NCBI RefSeq assembly: GCF_023055435.1
Contig: NW_025963879.1
Coordinates: 22,816,001-22,880,000, forward strand
DNA from: Haliotis rufescens
Lineage: Eukaryota
Direction of reading: 5' to 3'
Length of the DNA stretch: 64,000 bases
Numbering within the stretch: the stretch's first letter is position 1; each line of letters starts with the position of its first letter. The position numbers were made by a program, and so were the translations under genes. The notes beneath the pieces were generated by a model, which was given only the letters and a program-made list of their open reading frames with translations, ran no database searches and was not told where the DNA came from. Below, one piece after another: positions 35,601-47,600 of this stretch.

Positions 35601-38600
35601 AAATGAGTCATCTTTCGGTATCTTTTCATGTTACAACTGCTTGTTTATTTACATTCTGTAGCGGCAGGAATCAGGAAGTTGAAGTGTTGTTTTTTTAGAT
35701 TCTGACCACCTACATTGAATTTTAGAAGAAAAAATATTGTACCAATAATAACAAAAGAGTCATCAGAAGATGAGAAATCCCCCCAGCTCCCACAAATTGT
35801 AAAGAACAAATCATCTGACTTGATGAGAGAATTTCTAACTTATGTGTCTGTCCCTATACAAGAGTAGTTACTGAACTATCAAAACAATACGATGGAATTG
35901 GGATTCCTAACTTTGTATTTCTATGTCAGGTACACACCACTATGAACAGAGTCAAAATCAAAGTTGTTGCCATGGACACAGAAAAAATAAAAATTCTAAA
36001 AAAACCTATATAGCAAAAGGAACCAGTTGACAGCATGGTATTTGTGTGTGCACAGTTTCAAGAAAGAGTACCTATTAGTTTTAGAGATATGGTCTGGACA
36101 AACACACCACTACAATAGAGTCAAAGTCAAACTTGTTGCCTTGATAACAGGAAAAACTTCTTCTTTTTTTAACTTCCTAAATAGCAAAAGGCATCACTTC
36201 AGCCATTGATAAATACATGTACCAAGTTTGATGAAAAATGTTGAATACCTAGTGTTTTAGTTGTGGGCTGGAAACAACACCTGCCTCTGTTACAGGTTGA
36301 AACAAAATGAGAGTTTTTTCAAGTTGCGCTCCGGAAACAAAATCCACCCCCTTTATAAAACTAAGTCCAAACTGTTTCCATAGAAATCAAGAAAAATAAA
36401 AATGCCCAAAATCCGCAAATAGGAAAAGGCACCACTTCAGGATCTGTTTGAGATATCTGCAGCGTATTTCGCACACGGCCTCGACTGTATCCCCCAACAT
36501 TATATACCGGGGGATAACAATAATAGGCCTCTAGCAGCTGATGCCATTTAGCTGATTTGCCTGCTCCAGATTGCAGTCCTCAGTGATACAGAGAGGAAGT
36601 TACTGACTGACAGCTTGATTAATCCATCCTTCGCCCCTTCCTTCTTTCACAAGCACAGTAACTATGGTTACCTGTATAGCGCCGTTGTTGTTGAAGCCCG
36701 GGCTGCAGTGGATGAGACGGGACATCTCCTCGCACACAGACTCTGCGATCTTTGTCATCACACGCAACACAAATATCGGAGATATGCTGAACACCTGCCC
36801 AACAAGACAATGTCTGGGGTTACTTATCTTAATCATTTCAGACAAAATTCCTGTATAGATATTGACAGCATTATCACAGTCGCTGTAAGAACATAAGTTA
36901 TGTTCGAGGCAGTATCAGGTATCTCAATGGTTACTTACCTCTGCATGCACTTCAATCATACTCATTAGGATTTCCTTCAGGTAATGCCTCACACCTGTAA
37001 CACAATCACAGACACCTGAACAGCGGACAGAACCTCTATGACAATCTCTATATATCATTGCCACATGTTGACCTGGCAGAAACAATATAAGCATTCCACT
37101 TGTCGGAACTTGGAACATGTTACACTGTAGTGAGTGAGTGAGTATGGTTTTACGCTGCTTTTAGCAATATTCCAGCAATATCACGGCGGGGGACACCAGA
37201 AATGGGCTTCACACATTGTACCCATGTCGGGAATCGAACCCGGGTCTTCGGCGTGACGAGCGAACGCTTTACCACTAGACTACCCGACCGCCCCTGTTAC
37301 ACTGTAAATCATGAAATTAATGCAAAAACAAGTCTCACCTGCTCACATTCAGTGAGTGAGTGAGTGAGTGAGTTTGGTTTTATGCCTCTTTTAGCAATAT
37401 TCCAGCAATATCACGGCGTGGGGACACCAGAAATGGGCTTCACACATTGTACCCGGGTCTTCGGCGTGACGAGCGAAGGCTTTAACCACTAGGCTACCCG
37501 ACCGCCCCCTTGCTCACATTAATACAGTGACTTATTCTTATCTGGACACATTGGAGTATATTGTGGGGTTCACTGCAAATGGGCGGAAATAATGACATAC
37601 ATAACAAAACTCCCAATAATCAAGAGTCATCAGCACATGGCATATCCCTCCGGTCTGAGGCAATTCGGAAATGGAGTTTGGTTACCCCACTTTGGGTTCA
37701 TTGCCATTGGATACAGTAAAGAAAAAAATAATGCTGTTCAGTATTTTAAAAATTCCAAATTATCAAAAGGCACCAGTTTGACATTAGATTGATCTGTAGT
37801 GCAAGTTTCAACAAGAAATATTCAATGGTTTTGCAGTTCTGCTCCGTAAACAAGCACTCCCCTCATTATCAGTATAATTCCAACTTGTCAGGGGAAAAAA
37901 ACAACAATTTTTAAAAATCCCATATCATCAAAATGCACCAGCCTCCCACTAGACTGATCTGTATAGATTCTTTCAACAAAATATGTTTAACAGTTTTGGT
38001 TTTGGTGTGGTTTGTTGTTTAACGCCGCACCCAGCAATATTCCAGCTGTATGATGGAGGTCTGTAAATAATCTGGCAAACCAGTGATTGACATCATGAGC
38101 ATCGATCCATGCAATTGGGATACGATGACATGCATCATCCAAGTCAGCGATCCTGACCACCCAATCCCGTTAGTCGCCTCTTGCAACAAGCATGGGTTGC
38201 TGAAGACCTATTTTACCCTGAATCCTCACTCAGACATAGCATACTGACTCCAAGGCAACCAGTCCTTCAAGGTTTTCAAAGTGCAGAGTAACTCATGCAC
38301 ATGTAATGTATGTCAACCAGTTCAATTCAAAAACACATGTATAACATATCCTTTACATATCACTGACAAACCTGTTGGTTTTTTCCAATGCTTCCACTCA
38401 AAGCCCCCGCGGTACATGTTTGGTTCCATAGCTCCAACTATAGGGTCTGACTTCTGCTCGATGTACGCCTCGAACAGCTTCCTGTCCAGGTCGCGATACG
38501 TCTCCTGAGCAGCCTGCAACATCACACACACAGCATCAGATCATATATTTTTACAAACCTGTAGAGGTTATGAATTCTCTGATGAAATCCTCCTTGGGGC

Positions 38601-41600
38601 ACTTATTGCATTTTCCTGGCTCAAGAAAATCTACATGACATAGTTGTAACCATTTTCCTTAATAAAAATTGTTACCACACAAAAAACTTTGTTTTTGTAT
38701 GATATACGTCCACCCTTATGGTGCCTCACCCTCCACGGCGCGTCACGCCAAGGGAAGCAACTCTCACCCAAATCACTTTCCATATGTCTAATGCTGACGG
38801 AATGTGGGGAGGCGGGTGGCCGTGCCCCAAGGAGGATTTCATCAGAGAATTCATAACCTCTACAGGTTTGTAAAATTCTCTTTCAGATTAAATCCTCCTT
38901 GGGGCACTTATTGCATCAAGATAGACTCCTAAAGATAATCTAGGAAGTGGCATCCGTCAGCAACAAGCGTGCATAAAATACATCGTATTTTGATTATTTC
39001 AATGAATAAACAAGAGTTCAATAAATGGAACCAACCTTATCGTGAGGCACCACCGTCGAAAGGCGGGGGCTGGAGACAGGGCGTTATCGACCATACACAA
39101 TGAAAAGAGCCATTCTTTGTGGCTCATCATATCGAGAACTCGAGACACACACACCCCCCACCCCACCCACTTTTTTTTGAGTTTTTGAACAAGTGATATT
39201 GGGGGCACAGATCCCGAGAGACTATAAACCCGCACAGAGCTAGGCCAGAGGGTCCCCGTAATCGAAGGAGCGCATGTGCAATTACGATGATTATCGACTA
39301 GTAATGGCTGGTATTGTATCGACCGTAGAAGATAAAATCCGGACCGTTACTGAGCAGTGTTATAACCGGTCCGGGCGGTCTAAAATCTCGAAGGCTCAAT
39401 CGGCTAGAGATGTAGTACTTTGCCCAGTTCGGAGAACTGACTGACCAAACCGAGCACGCTCGCTTGAGTGTTTGACGAGTTGGTAATGTTTGATGAACGT
39501 GCTCGGCTGGCTCCAAATAGCCGCGGAGCAGATCTCCTCAATGGGCAGAGCCGCAGCATACGCTTGTGTCGTAGCCACTGCTCTAACCGAATGAGCCTTC
39601 AACTTGGTAGGGGGGTCCCTGCCTTGAAGCGTGTACGCCGTACATATAGTAGAGACTATCCACCGCGAGATAGTTTGTTTGCTCGCAGGTGAGCCAGCCT
39701 TCCTACCGCCATAACAGCAAAATAGTTGATTATCCTTACGGATACCCTTAGTTCTGCTGATATAGGACTTAACGGTCCTGCGGACATCCAAGACATGAGC
39801 ATGTCTTGTAGTGGTCCCCGACGAGGAAGGCTGTGAAAGAGCAGGTAGCTCAATAGGAGCCGTCACGTGGAAGGCGTGTGCGACCTTAGGACGGTAAGAG
39901 TCCGGCAGGCGAATACTGACCCTGTCCCGGTGAAAGACAGTTAGTTCGGGATCGGCTGACATTGCGTGAATGTCGCCTACCTGTCTGCCGGACGTTACCG
40001 CCACAAGGAACGCCGTCTTCCAGCTCAACAGCTGAAGAGAGAGAGACGACAGATCCCGAAAAGAAGGACCGGACAGCCAATCAAGAACGATTGACAATTC
40101 CCAAGGGGGACTGATCCGCCGGACAGGCGGTCGGATCCTGTCCACACCTGCTAAAAAACGCTGCACTAATGGGTGCGCACCCAAAAGTGCCCCGTCGACG
40201 GGGACGTGAAAGGCAGCGATAGCTGTAGAGTACCCCCGGACTGTCGATGCGGCCAGGCCGACATCTAGTCGCGACTGGAGGAACTCAAGTACGGCTACGA
40301 GATCTGCAGAAAAGGGATCTGCAATCCTTCTATCGACACACCAGCGCGCATAGCAGGCCCATCTATCCTCGTACTGAACGTTTGTCGAATCCCTCCGTGA
40401 AGCCAGTATTGTGTCTGCAACTCGTGCAGGAATACCGCTCTCCTGGAGGCGATTCCGGACAGTGGCCAAGCCACCCACTGAATCCTGGGATTCGGGTGGA
40501 GGGCCTCGTTCTGGGATAGGAGGTCCGGTCGTAAAGGTAATAGAACAGGAGGCTGAGCCAGAAACCTGAGTATGACTGGAAACCAACTCTGCGCCGACCA
40601 AAGGGGTGCCAGGAGCACAAGTAGTCGCGCAGGCTGAGTGGCTAGCTGAGACAGGACCTTGGAAATCAGAGGTACTTGGGGGCATGCCCACAGTATTCTG
40701 TCCGTCCAATCTAGCTGGAAGGCGTCCGGTGCCACCGACCTCGGGTCGGGGACTCGGGAGCAGAACGTTGGTGTCTGGTGATTCACCCCAGACGCAAACA
40801 GATCCACCTGGAACGACCCGTATAACTGGGAGATAATCCCGAATATCCCCGGGTCGAGCCTCCACTCGTGAGGAGCGAGGATCCGGCGAGACAGAGCGTC
40901 CGCACGGACGTTGTCTACCCCCGGGAGATAAACAGGTAGCACCCTGATAACGTGTGAGTCGCACCATAGGAGGAACTGCCACGTCTCTTGGAGAAGCGAC
41001 GGAGACACCGTTCCCCCCTGCTTCCGGATGTAAGTCATCGCCGTTTGGTTGTCCATCTCTAGACGCACCACTTGGCCACGAAGCAGATCCAGGAAGCGTT
41101 GGAACACCAACCTGACCGCTCTCAGTTCTAGCACATTGATATGCAGTTTGATCTCCTGCTGGGACCATAGTCCCGAGGCAGTGTGATCGTTCAGAACGCC
41201 TCCCCAGCCGGAGAGTGACGCGTCTGTTTGAACTGTGAGAGATGGCACGGGAGTGTCGAGGGGGAGCCCCCGGGACAGATTCCCGACCTCGGTCCACCAC
41301 TGAAGGTGTGCATTGAGCCACTGCGGAGTCTCGAGAACAGTCTCGAGATCTTCCGAGTTCACCCAAAGTCGACGGAGCGCTTGTTGAATGGGTCTCATTC
41401 TCAAGCGCGCCCGCCAAACCACATCCACTGTCGCCGCCATGTTGCCCAGTAACTGGAGCCATGTACGAGCAGTGTGACTGGCGGACAGAAGGAACTGGGA
41501 AGTAACACTTCTGACCTTGGTAATGCGATCTTGTGACAGAGATACAAGTCCGCTCACCGTGTTGAAATTCGCCCCTAGGAAGACTAGATTCTGAGTAGGG

Positions 41601-44600
41601 CTCAGATCTGACTTCTTGAGATTGACTATCCACCCTAGAGTGATCAGAATATCTATCACTTGTTGTGTAGCTATCTGACTCAGGGATTGCGATAGAGCTC
41701 TTAGTAACCAGTCGTCGAGGTACGGATGGCAGAACCGACCTTTTGACCTGGCCACTTGGGCGGGAATCAACATCAGCTTGGTGAACACCCTCGGGGCTGT
41801 AGCGATCCCGAATGGTAGAACCCTGAACTGATAACACCTCCCGTCGAAAGAAAACCTGAGGTATTTCTTGAACTCGGGGTGTATGGGTACGTGGAGATAG
41901 GCGTCTTTTAGGTCTATTGACGTTAGCCATTCTCCGGTCTCGACAGCTGAGATCACCGAGCGCAGTGTCTCCATCCTGAAGGACGGTACCTCTATAAGTT
42001 TGTTCAGCCTTCTCAAATTGAGAATAGGCCTGAACCCTCCGTCTTTTTTGGTGACTAGGAAATATGTCGAGTAGAAGCCCTCGCTTTCCTGTCCCACGGG
42101 AACCGGTTCGATCGCAGCCTTCATAAGAAGTGCGTCGACCTCGGCACGGAGGAATTCCGCCCTCTCCAGGGTAGCAGGCACCGGAGTGTGCTTTATCCCG
42201 GAGAAGGGGGGCGGATGATGTTTCCACCGAGGCAAATGGCCATCCCTTAGAGTGGACAGGGTCCAGGGATTGGATGTGACTGTCTCCCATTCCTGCAGGA
42301 ATAGAGCCAGTCGGCCGCCTACGGGGACATCCGGCTTGAGGCAGCAGACCCCGGCTGTCGGCAGTTCGAAAACATGCGACCGTGGGTCCTCCCGGGGCGC
42401 TTCGGGCGCTAATGGGAACCCGATGGGTTCCCGGCCCCGCGAAAAGGCTGCTGGCCTCGACCAGCTGCCCTGCCCCGGCCCCTGCCTCTCTTGCTCCTCC
42501 CGGCGCCCTTACCTGAAGGAAGCGGCTGCTTCCAAGCAGGTGCAGACTTCTGACCCGGCGCGTCAGCGTAGGAGGAAGCAAGTGGAGAGGTCCGCTTACG
42601 CGGTTTAACGCATGGTACCTCCAACAAGGCCTTAGAATCCTTGATGGAGGCATACAACTGTGCGGCCTCTCGGACCACCTGCTGAGCCCCAGGGAAGAGG
42701 GTGGCACCCATCTTATAAGGCAAAGCAAGTAGATCCTGGCGTGTGGAAGCCGAGTATTTGGATACCGACATCCACAGCCTGCGCATGCCCATGACTGCGC
42801 ACATCATCTGCGAGGCACAGCTACGAATAGCGTCCCTCGCAAGATGACTATGTACCTCCGTAAGTTGCGCGGCCAACTCCGAAGAGTCGGCCGGCCCCTC
42901 TCCCGCTAACTCCCTCTGTACGGCCGACAGATAAGCGGAGTGTACGGACACCCGGAGCTGCTGACATGCGTTACGATATTGCTCCTCGAAGCAAACGTAA
43001 GCAGCCTTCAGCTCCGTACCGCACGCGGGAAAGGGTGGCAACCGCCGGCCCTGCTTGACCTTAGCCAAGTTGGGGGTCGAAGACCCCCCCAGGGTAACGG
43101 AGGTCCAGACGCATTCGTCCACCACCGGTACCTCAAAATCACCATCCTCTGCTAACGGGTACCGCTTAATAAGTTCGGGCAGGTCGAACTTCCTGCGGGC
43201 ACCCGACAACAGAGGGTTGATGACTTCATGCACCAATGAAGACAGAATACGGAGCCGCACCTGGGGCGCCTTGCTCGGAGCAAAAGCGTCCCCCGGAAGG
43301 CGGAACTCAGTCGGATCCGACTGGGGCATGGGCGCAGCCACCTGAGGCAGTACCTGGACAATCTTGTCCCGTACATGCCTCAACGAGGAAACGAAGGAAA
43401 ATATTCCCGAGGTCTCCGAGTCGTCTCCCCCCTCCTCCATCCACTCCTCCTCTCTCGATTCCGAGCCGAAATTAATCGACTCTTCCCCGAGAGAAGAGGC
43501 AGACGAAGTCGGAAGGGGACGCCCGAAGGCCTGGGCCTTCGCATCCCCGGGCTGCACCCGGCCCGAAGCCGAGTCCCGGTCCCGAGGTGCCGGGGGTTCA
43601 AGGGAACCCACCTGGCTCTGGGCTAGAAATCCGCTAGAGGAAGCCTCGGCCTCGGAAGAGGCGTCTGGCTCCGCTAGGGAGAACTGTGCGTCAGTAGTGA
43701 ACGGGCCAGTGCCCGCCACCCCTCCGCTGGGGAGCGACCTCGAGCCGGCGCTGAAGCCCGGTCTGAGTTCGTCCCCGAGACCAAGTGGCCTGCCTCGGCC
43801 GACGCCGGGCATATCACAAGGTCTCGAAGCCGCGTCCGGCGCCGACAACGGGGAAGGCTCGGTCCGCAACTCCTCTCGGAGCTGAGACTTTACCTCCTCC
43901 ATCATCGACGCCATCTGCGACCTCAACAAGGCAGAGATGTCTGCCAAAGACGGTGCAGGAGAGGGTGCAGTGATTGTGACGGGGACCCTAGAGCCTTCTC
44001 CCCCGGCCCCCGGGGAGGGAGCGGAGGAGACAGTCTCAGCTGCCTTTTTACCCTTTCTTACTTTTTTTGAGGGGGGCGGGGCGGTCTTTGCCGATCTAAT
44101 GTCCACCCCCGCCTTCAATAGACCCTTAAAGTGTAAGAGGTCCACATTTCTCTTTTTCTGCGCCCGTGGTGTGAATGCAACACAGATCGGGCATGACCCA
44201 TCGTCATGCCCGTCTTCGGCCAAACACTTTATGCAGGTATCATGCCTGTCTTGGGGGGGAATCGAAGCCGAGCACCCCGTACACAATTTGAAGGTCTGTA
44301 AAAAAGACCGTAATTTTTGAGTTTGGCGGGAAGGGTAATAAAGTGTATCAGTGCGATTGAAAGATCGGAAAGATACGTGCATAAATTGTGTAACTAGAAG
44401 CAAAGGCGTAATTTAGAATGAGATTGGTAACGCGATACTAATAGCCAATGTCGTAGTATAATTATAACACCAAAGTGGGCGTGTTACGCGCGAAGGTGTA
44501 GAAAACCCGTAAAAAAGGTAAGTGTAATTTAAATTAATTAACACACCACCTTGGGTTTATTTAAAGGAAAAGATTGTAGGCTAAAGCCCGATGATATAGA

Positions 44601-47600
44601 TTAAAAAACCGAAGCCGTTTTTGATGGCCCTGGTGTTACATATATCATACGTGGCACTACAAAATGGACGCTACGACGGCCTTATTTCAAAGGTATCGTA
44701 CACGTGTCACATAATTACAACTTTATAACTTTACAATGCGAGGTATTACGCCTTTGCATGAAAGAAATGTACCATACATACAGTTTGGTCTGCCATGGTT
44801 CTTGTACGAACGATTATCTTGTCTTTATATTGTCTTGAAAAAAACAGCACGTCTGTCTTTGTCAGATGACATAAGGAAAGTGATTTGGGTGAGAGTTGCT
44901 TCCCTTGGCGTGACGCGCCGTGGAGGGTGAGGCACCATAAGGGTGGACGTATATCATACAAAAACAAAGTTTTTTGTTTGGTAACAATTTTTATTAAGGA
45001 AGATGGTTACAACTATGTCATGTAGATTTTCTTGAGCCAGGAAAATGCAATAAGTGCCCCAAGGAGGATTTAATCTGAAAGAGAATCCTTGTTATTATAA
45101 CACAAGTACCAACAACTGTGCTCAGGTCTGCAACAGATAAACAAGTAGTCAACAAAACACAGAATCAATGACAAAACCTGCGATGAATCTTTGCAGGGAG
45201 GTGAGATTAGGTGAAACGGGGTTTAACATTGCATTCAATATTATTGCACTTAAATAGTGAAGTGCATGAACGTGTGTGTGTGGCTGCTTGTATTAGTCCG
45301 GAGTACATTAATAGTGCTAGCTCACTGAAACACCATGCTGCAGTTTAACATGAATATCCAACTGAGACACAGTATACTGACTCCAAGGCAACCAGTCCTT
45401 GTGTTGGCCCCTTAATGCCAAGCATCAGGCATGGTAACAACAAATACTATCTTTTGACATCCTTTGGTATGACGCGGCCAGGGATCGAACCCCAGCCTTA
45501 GGGCAGATGCTTCATCACTCGACCAGCGGTCATCTTTGAGGGAAGAGAGTGCACTGCAACAGTATCGCATATATGTACAGTATGCTGCTCACATTTTCGT
45601 TGGATACTTTTGTCTGCATATCTGATTAACCCTATCATAAGTACATATACCCTGCCTGCACATACATCCCGATCTAGGTGTTGACACTGATGCATCATTG
45701 CATGTATGTTCACCAGGAGTGTATCAAGCCAGCCATCCTACCTTCGAGGCCTTCTCCATTTCCACATAGCCATGCTTGTTGAGGTTCTCGGTGATCCGGG
45801 GAATGACCCGCTCACAGGTGTGGATGCAGTTGCTCAGCATGATCACCAGGCGCTTGTCCTGCAACACGATTCCATAACAGACTCTCGCACTGCCACCAAC
45901 AGCTGGTATTTCACTTAAACACCATCTCACTGTTGATAACACCCTGTGTTAAACTAAAACACTAAACAAATCAGGTTGCATTGGGCTTGAAGTTAACCTT
46001 TTTTTAAAGAAGCAATGGTTTACAACCAGTTGTAGGAACCTTTAACATTTCTAGGATACAAAACACAAACATTTAAAGAGTGTTGAAATACGATAAATTG
46101 CTTACTCATACCATATACACATTATGGAACACTGATAACTGAATACGATATTCAGCAGAAAGGTGAGCACAAACATTCCTAGCTGGAGACCATAGACAGT
46201 CTCGCTGGTGTAGTATTAAATGTAGTATGTAGTATTAAATGTAGTACCGGTACACAGACAGTATGGCCAAATTGTGTCAGGTAAGATACTTTGCCTTCAT
46301 TATGTTTTTTGTTTCTTTAATGCCGGTCTCAGCAATATTCCAGCTCTGTGACAGCAGTCTGTAAATAATCAAGTCTGGACCAGACTATACCTTGATTGAT
46401 CCATGAGCATCAATCTACACAATTGATATGATGACCACCCAATCTCATTAGTCACCTCTTAGGACAAGCATGGGTTGCTGAAGACCAATTTCTACCCGGA
46501 TCTTCACAGGTCACCTCCACTATGACTTTGATAGCAAACACTTTCTTGGGTTTCATTTTGGCTACTTATAACCACTGGGATGTGACTAACAAATATAAGC
46601 TGACTTTCACATTGCTTGCTTGTCTTCAGGTGATCTTGTTAGAAACATTTGAATATTTTTCTACTTAGCAGTATGATCAGTATGAGTCTAAATAAGTAAT
46701 TTTTAATTTGGAAATGTTATTATCATCTGGGATATATATTGGAAAGGATTACATCAATTTGACACTGTCAGAAGGAATCCACTCACTAATGATGGGATTG
46801 GATCTTCAAACTGGTCCATCATCAAGTCCAGGCCAGTCGCATTCCTCATCGATGTAACACTGTTGGATAAGAACACACTGTCATTGTCAAACATGACTGC
46901 AGCAAAGTTGTGTATGTTTGTGTGTTTGTTTGTTTGTTGTGAAATGCCTCACTCAGCAAAACTCCAGCTATATGACAGCAGCCTTAAATATTTGAGTCTG
47001 GACCAGACAATCCAGTGACTGACACCATGAGTAATGATCTACTCGGTTGGGATATAATGACATCCATCATCCAAATCAGCGAGTCTCTCCACCTGATCCC
47101 TTTAATCTGTTATGAGAAGCATGAAGACCAATGCTAACCAGGAGCGTTATGAGGGAATGTGACAACGACTCACATGTTTTCGTTGACTCCTTAAATCTCT
47201 CCACCATCACTAGGACACACGTGCGTGTCCACGATGTTGAGACACTGACTCACATTGAAGCTCTCCACCATCACTAGGACTTGTGTGTGTATTCACGATG
47301 TTGAGATGCTGACTAACGTTTGCACTCTCCACCATCATTGTGACTCACACTCACACGATGTTGAGACAATGACTTACATTTGACCCCTCCACCATCACTA
47401 GGTCTAACGTGTGAGTCCACAATGATGAGACACTGACTGACATTTGCACTCTCCACTAAGACCCACCTGTGAGTCTCCATCTTGTGCAGTGGGGGGCTGA
47501 ATGCGAGCTGCTCCATACACTGGGAGAAGGCCTGCAGCAGCTGAGTGCACAGGGAGGTTGCTTCCTTCTGGATTGGCCGCTGACTGAATATCTACAACAC

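Larger units (their letters stand above)
38549..45085 (-). mobile_element. Full-length DIRS1-type tyrosine-recombinase retrotransposon (about 6.5 kb) in an EXOC2 intron
   Basis: ITRs 38585-38788 / 44868-45071 (204 bp, 3 mismatches seen), ICR at 38822-38916, three long ORFs, no TSD, and clearly higher GC/CpG than the host. Confidence 0.96.

Noticed and set aside
43364-44320. Antisense ORFs inside DIRS gag
   Set aside because: Expected in GC-rich coding sequence; no motifs.
38549-45085. Classification as Ngaro/PAT (split direct repeats) or as an LTR element
   Set aside because: Terminal repeats are inverted with an ICR, and there is no DDE integrase or protease; this is DIRS1-type.
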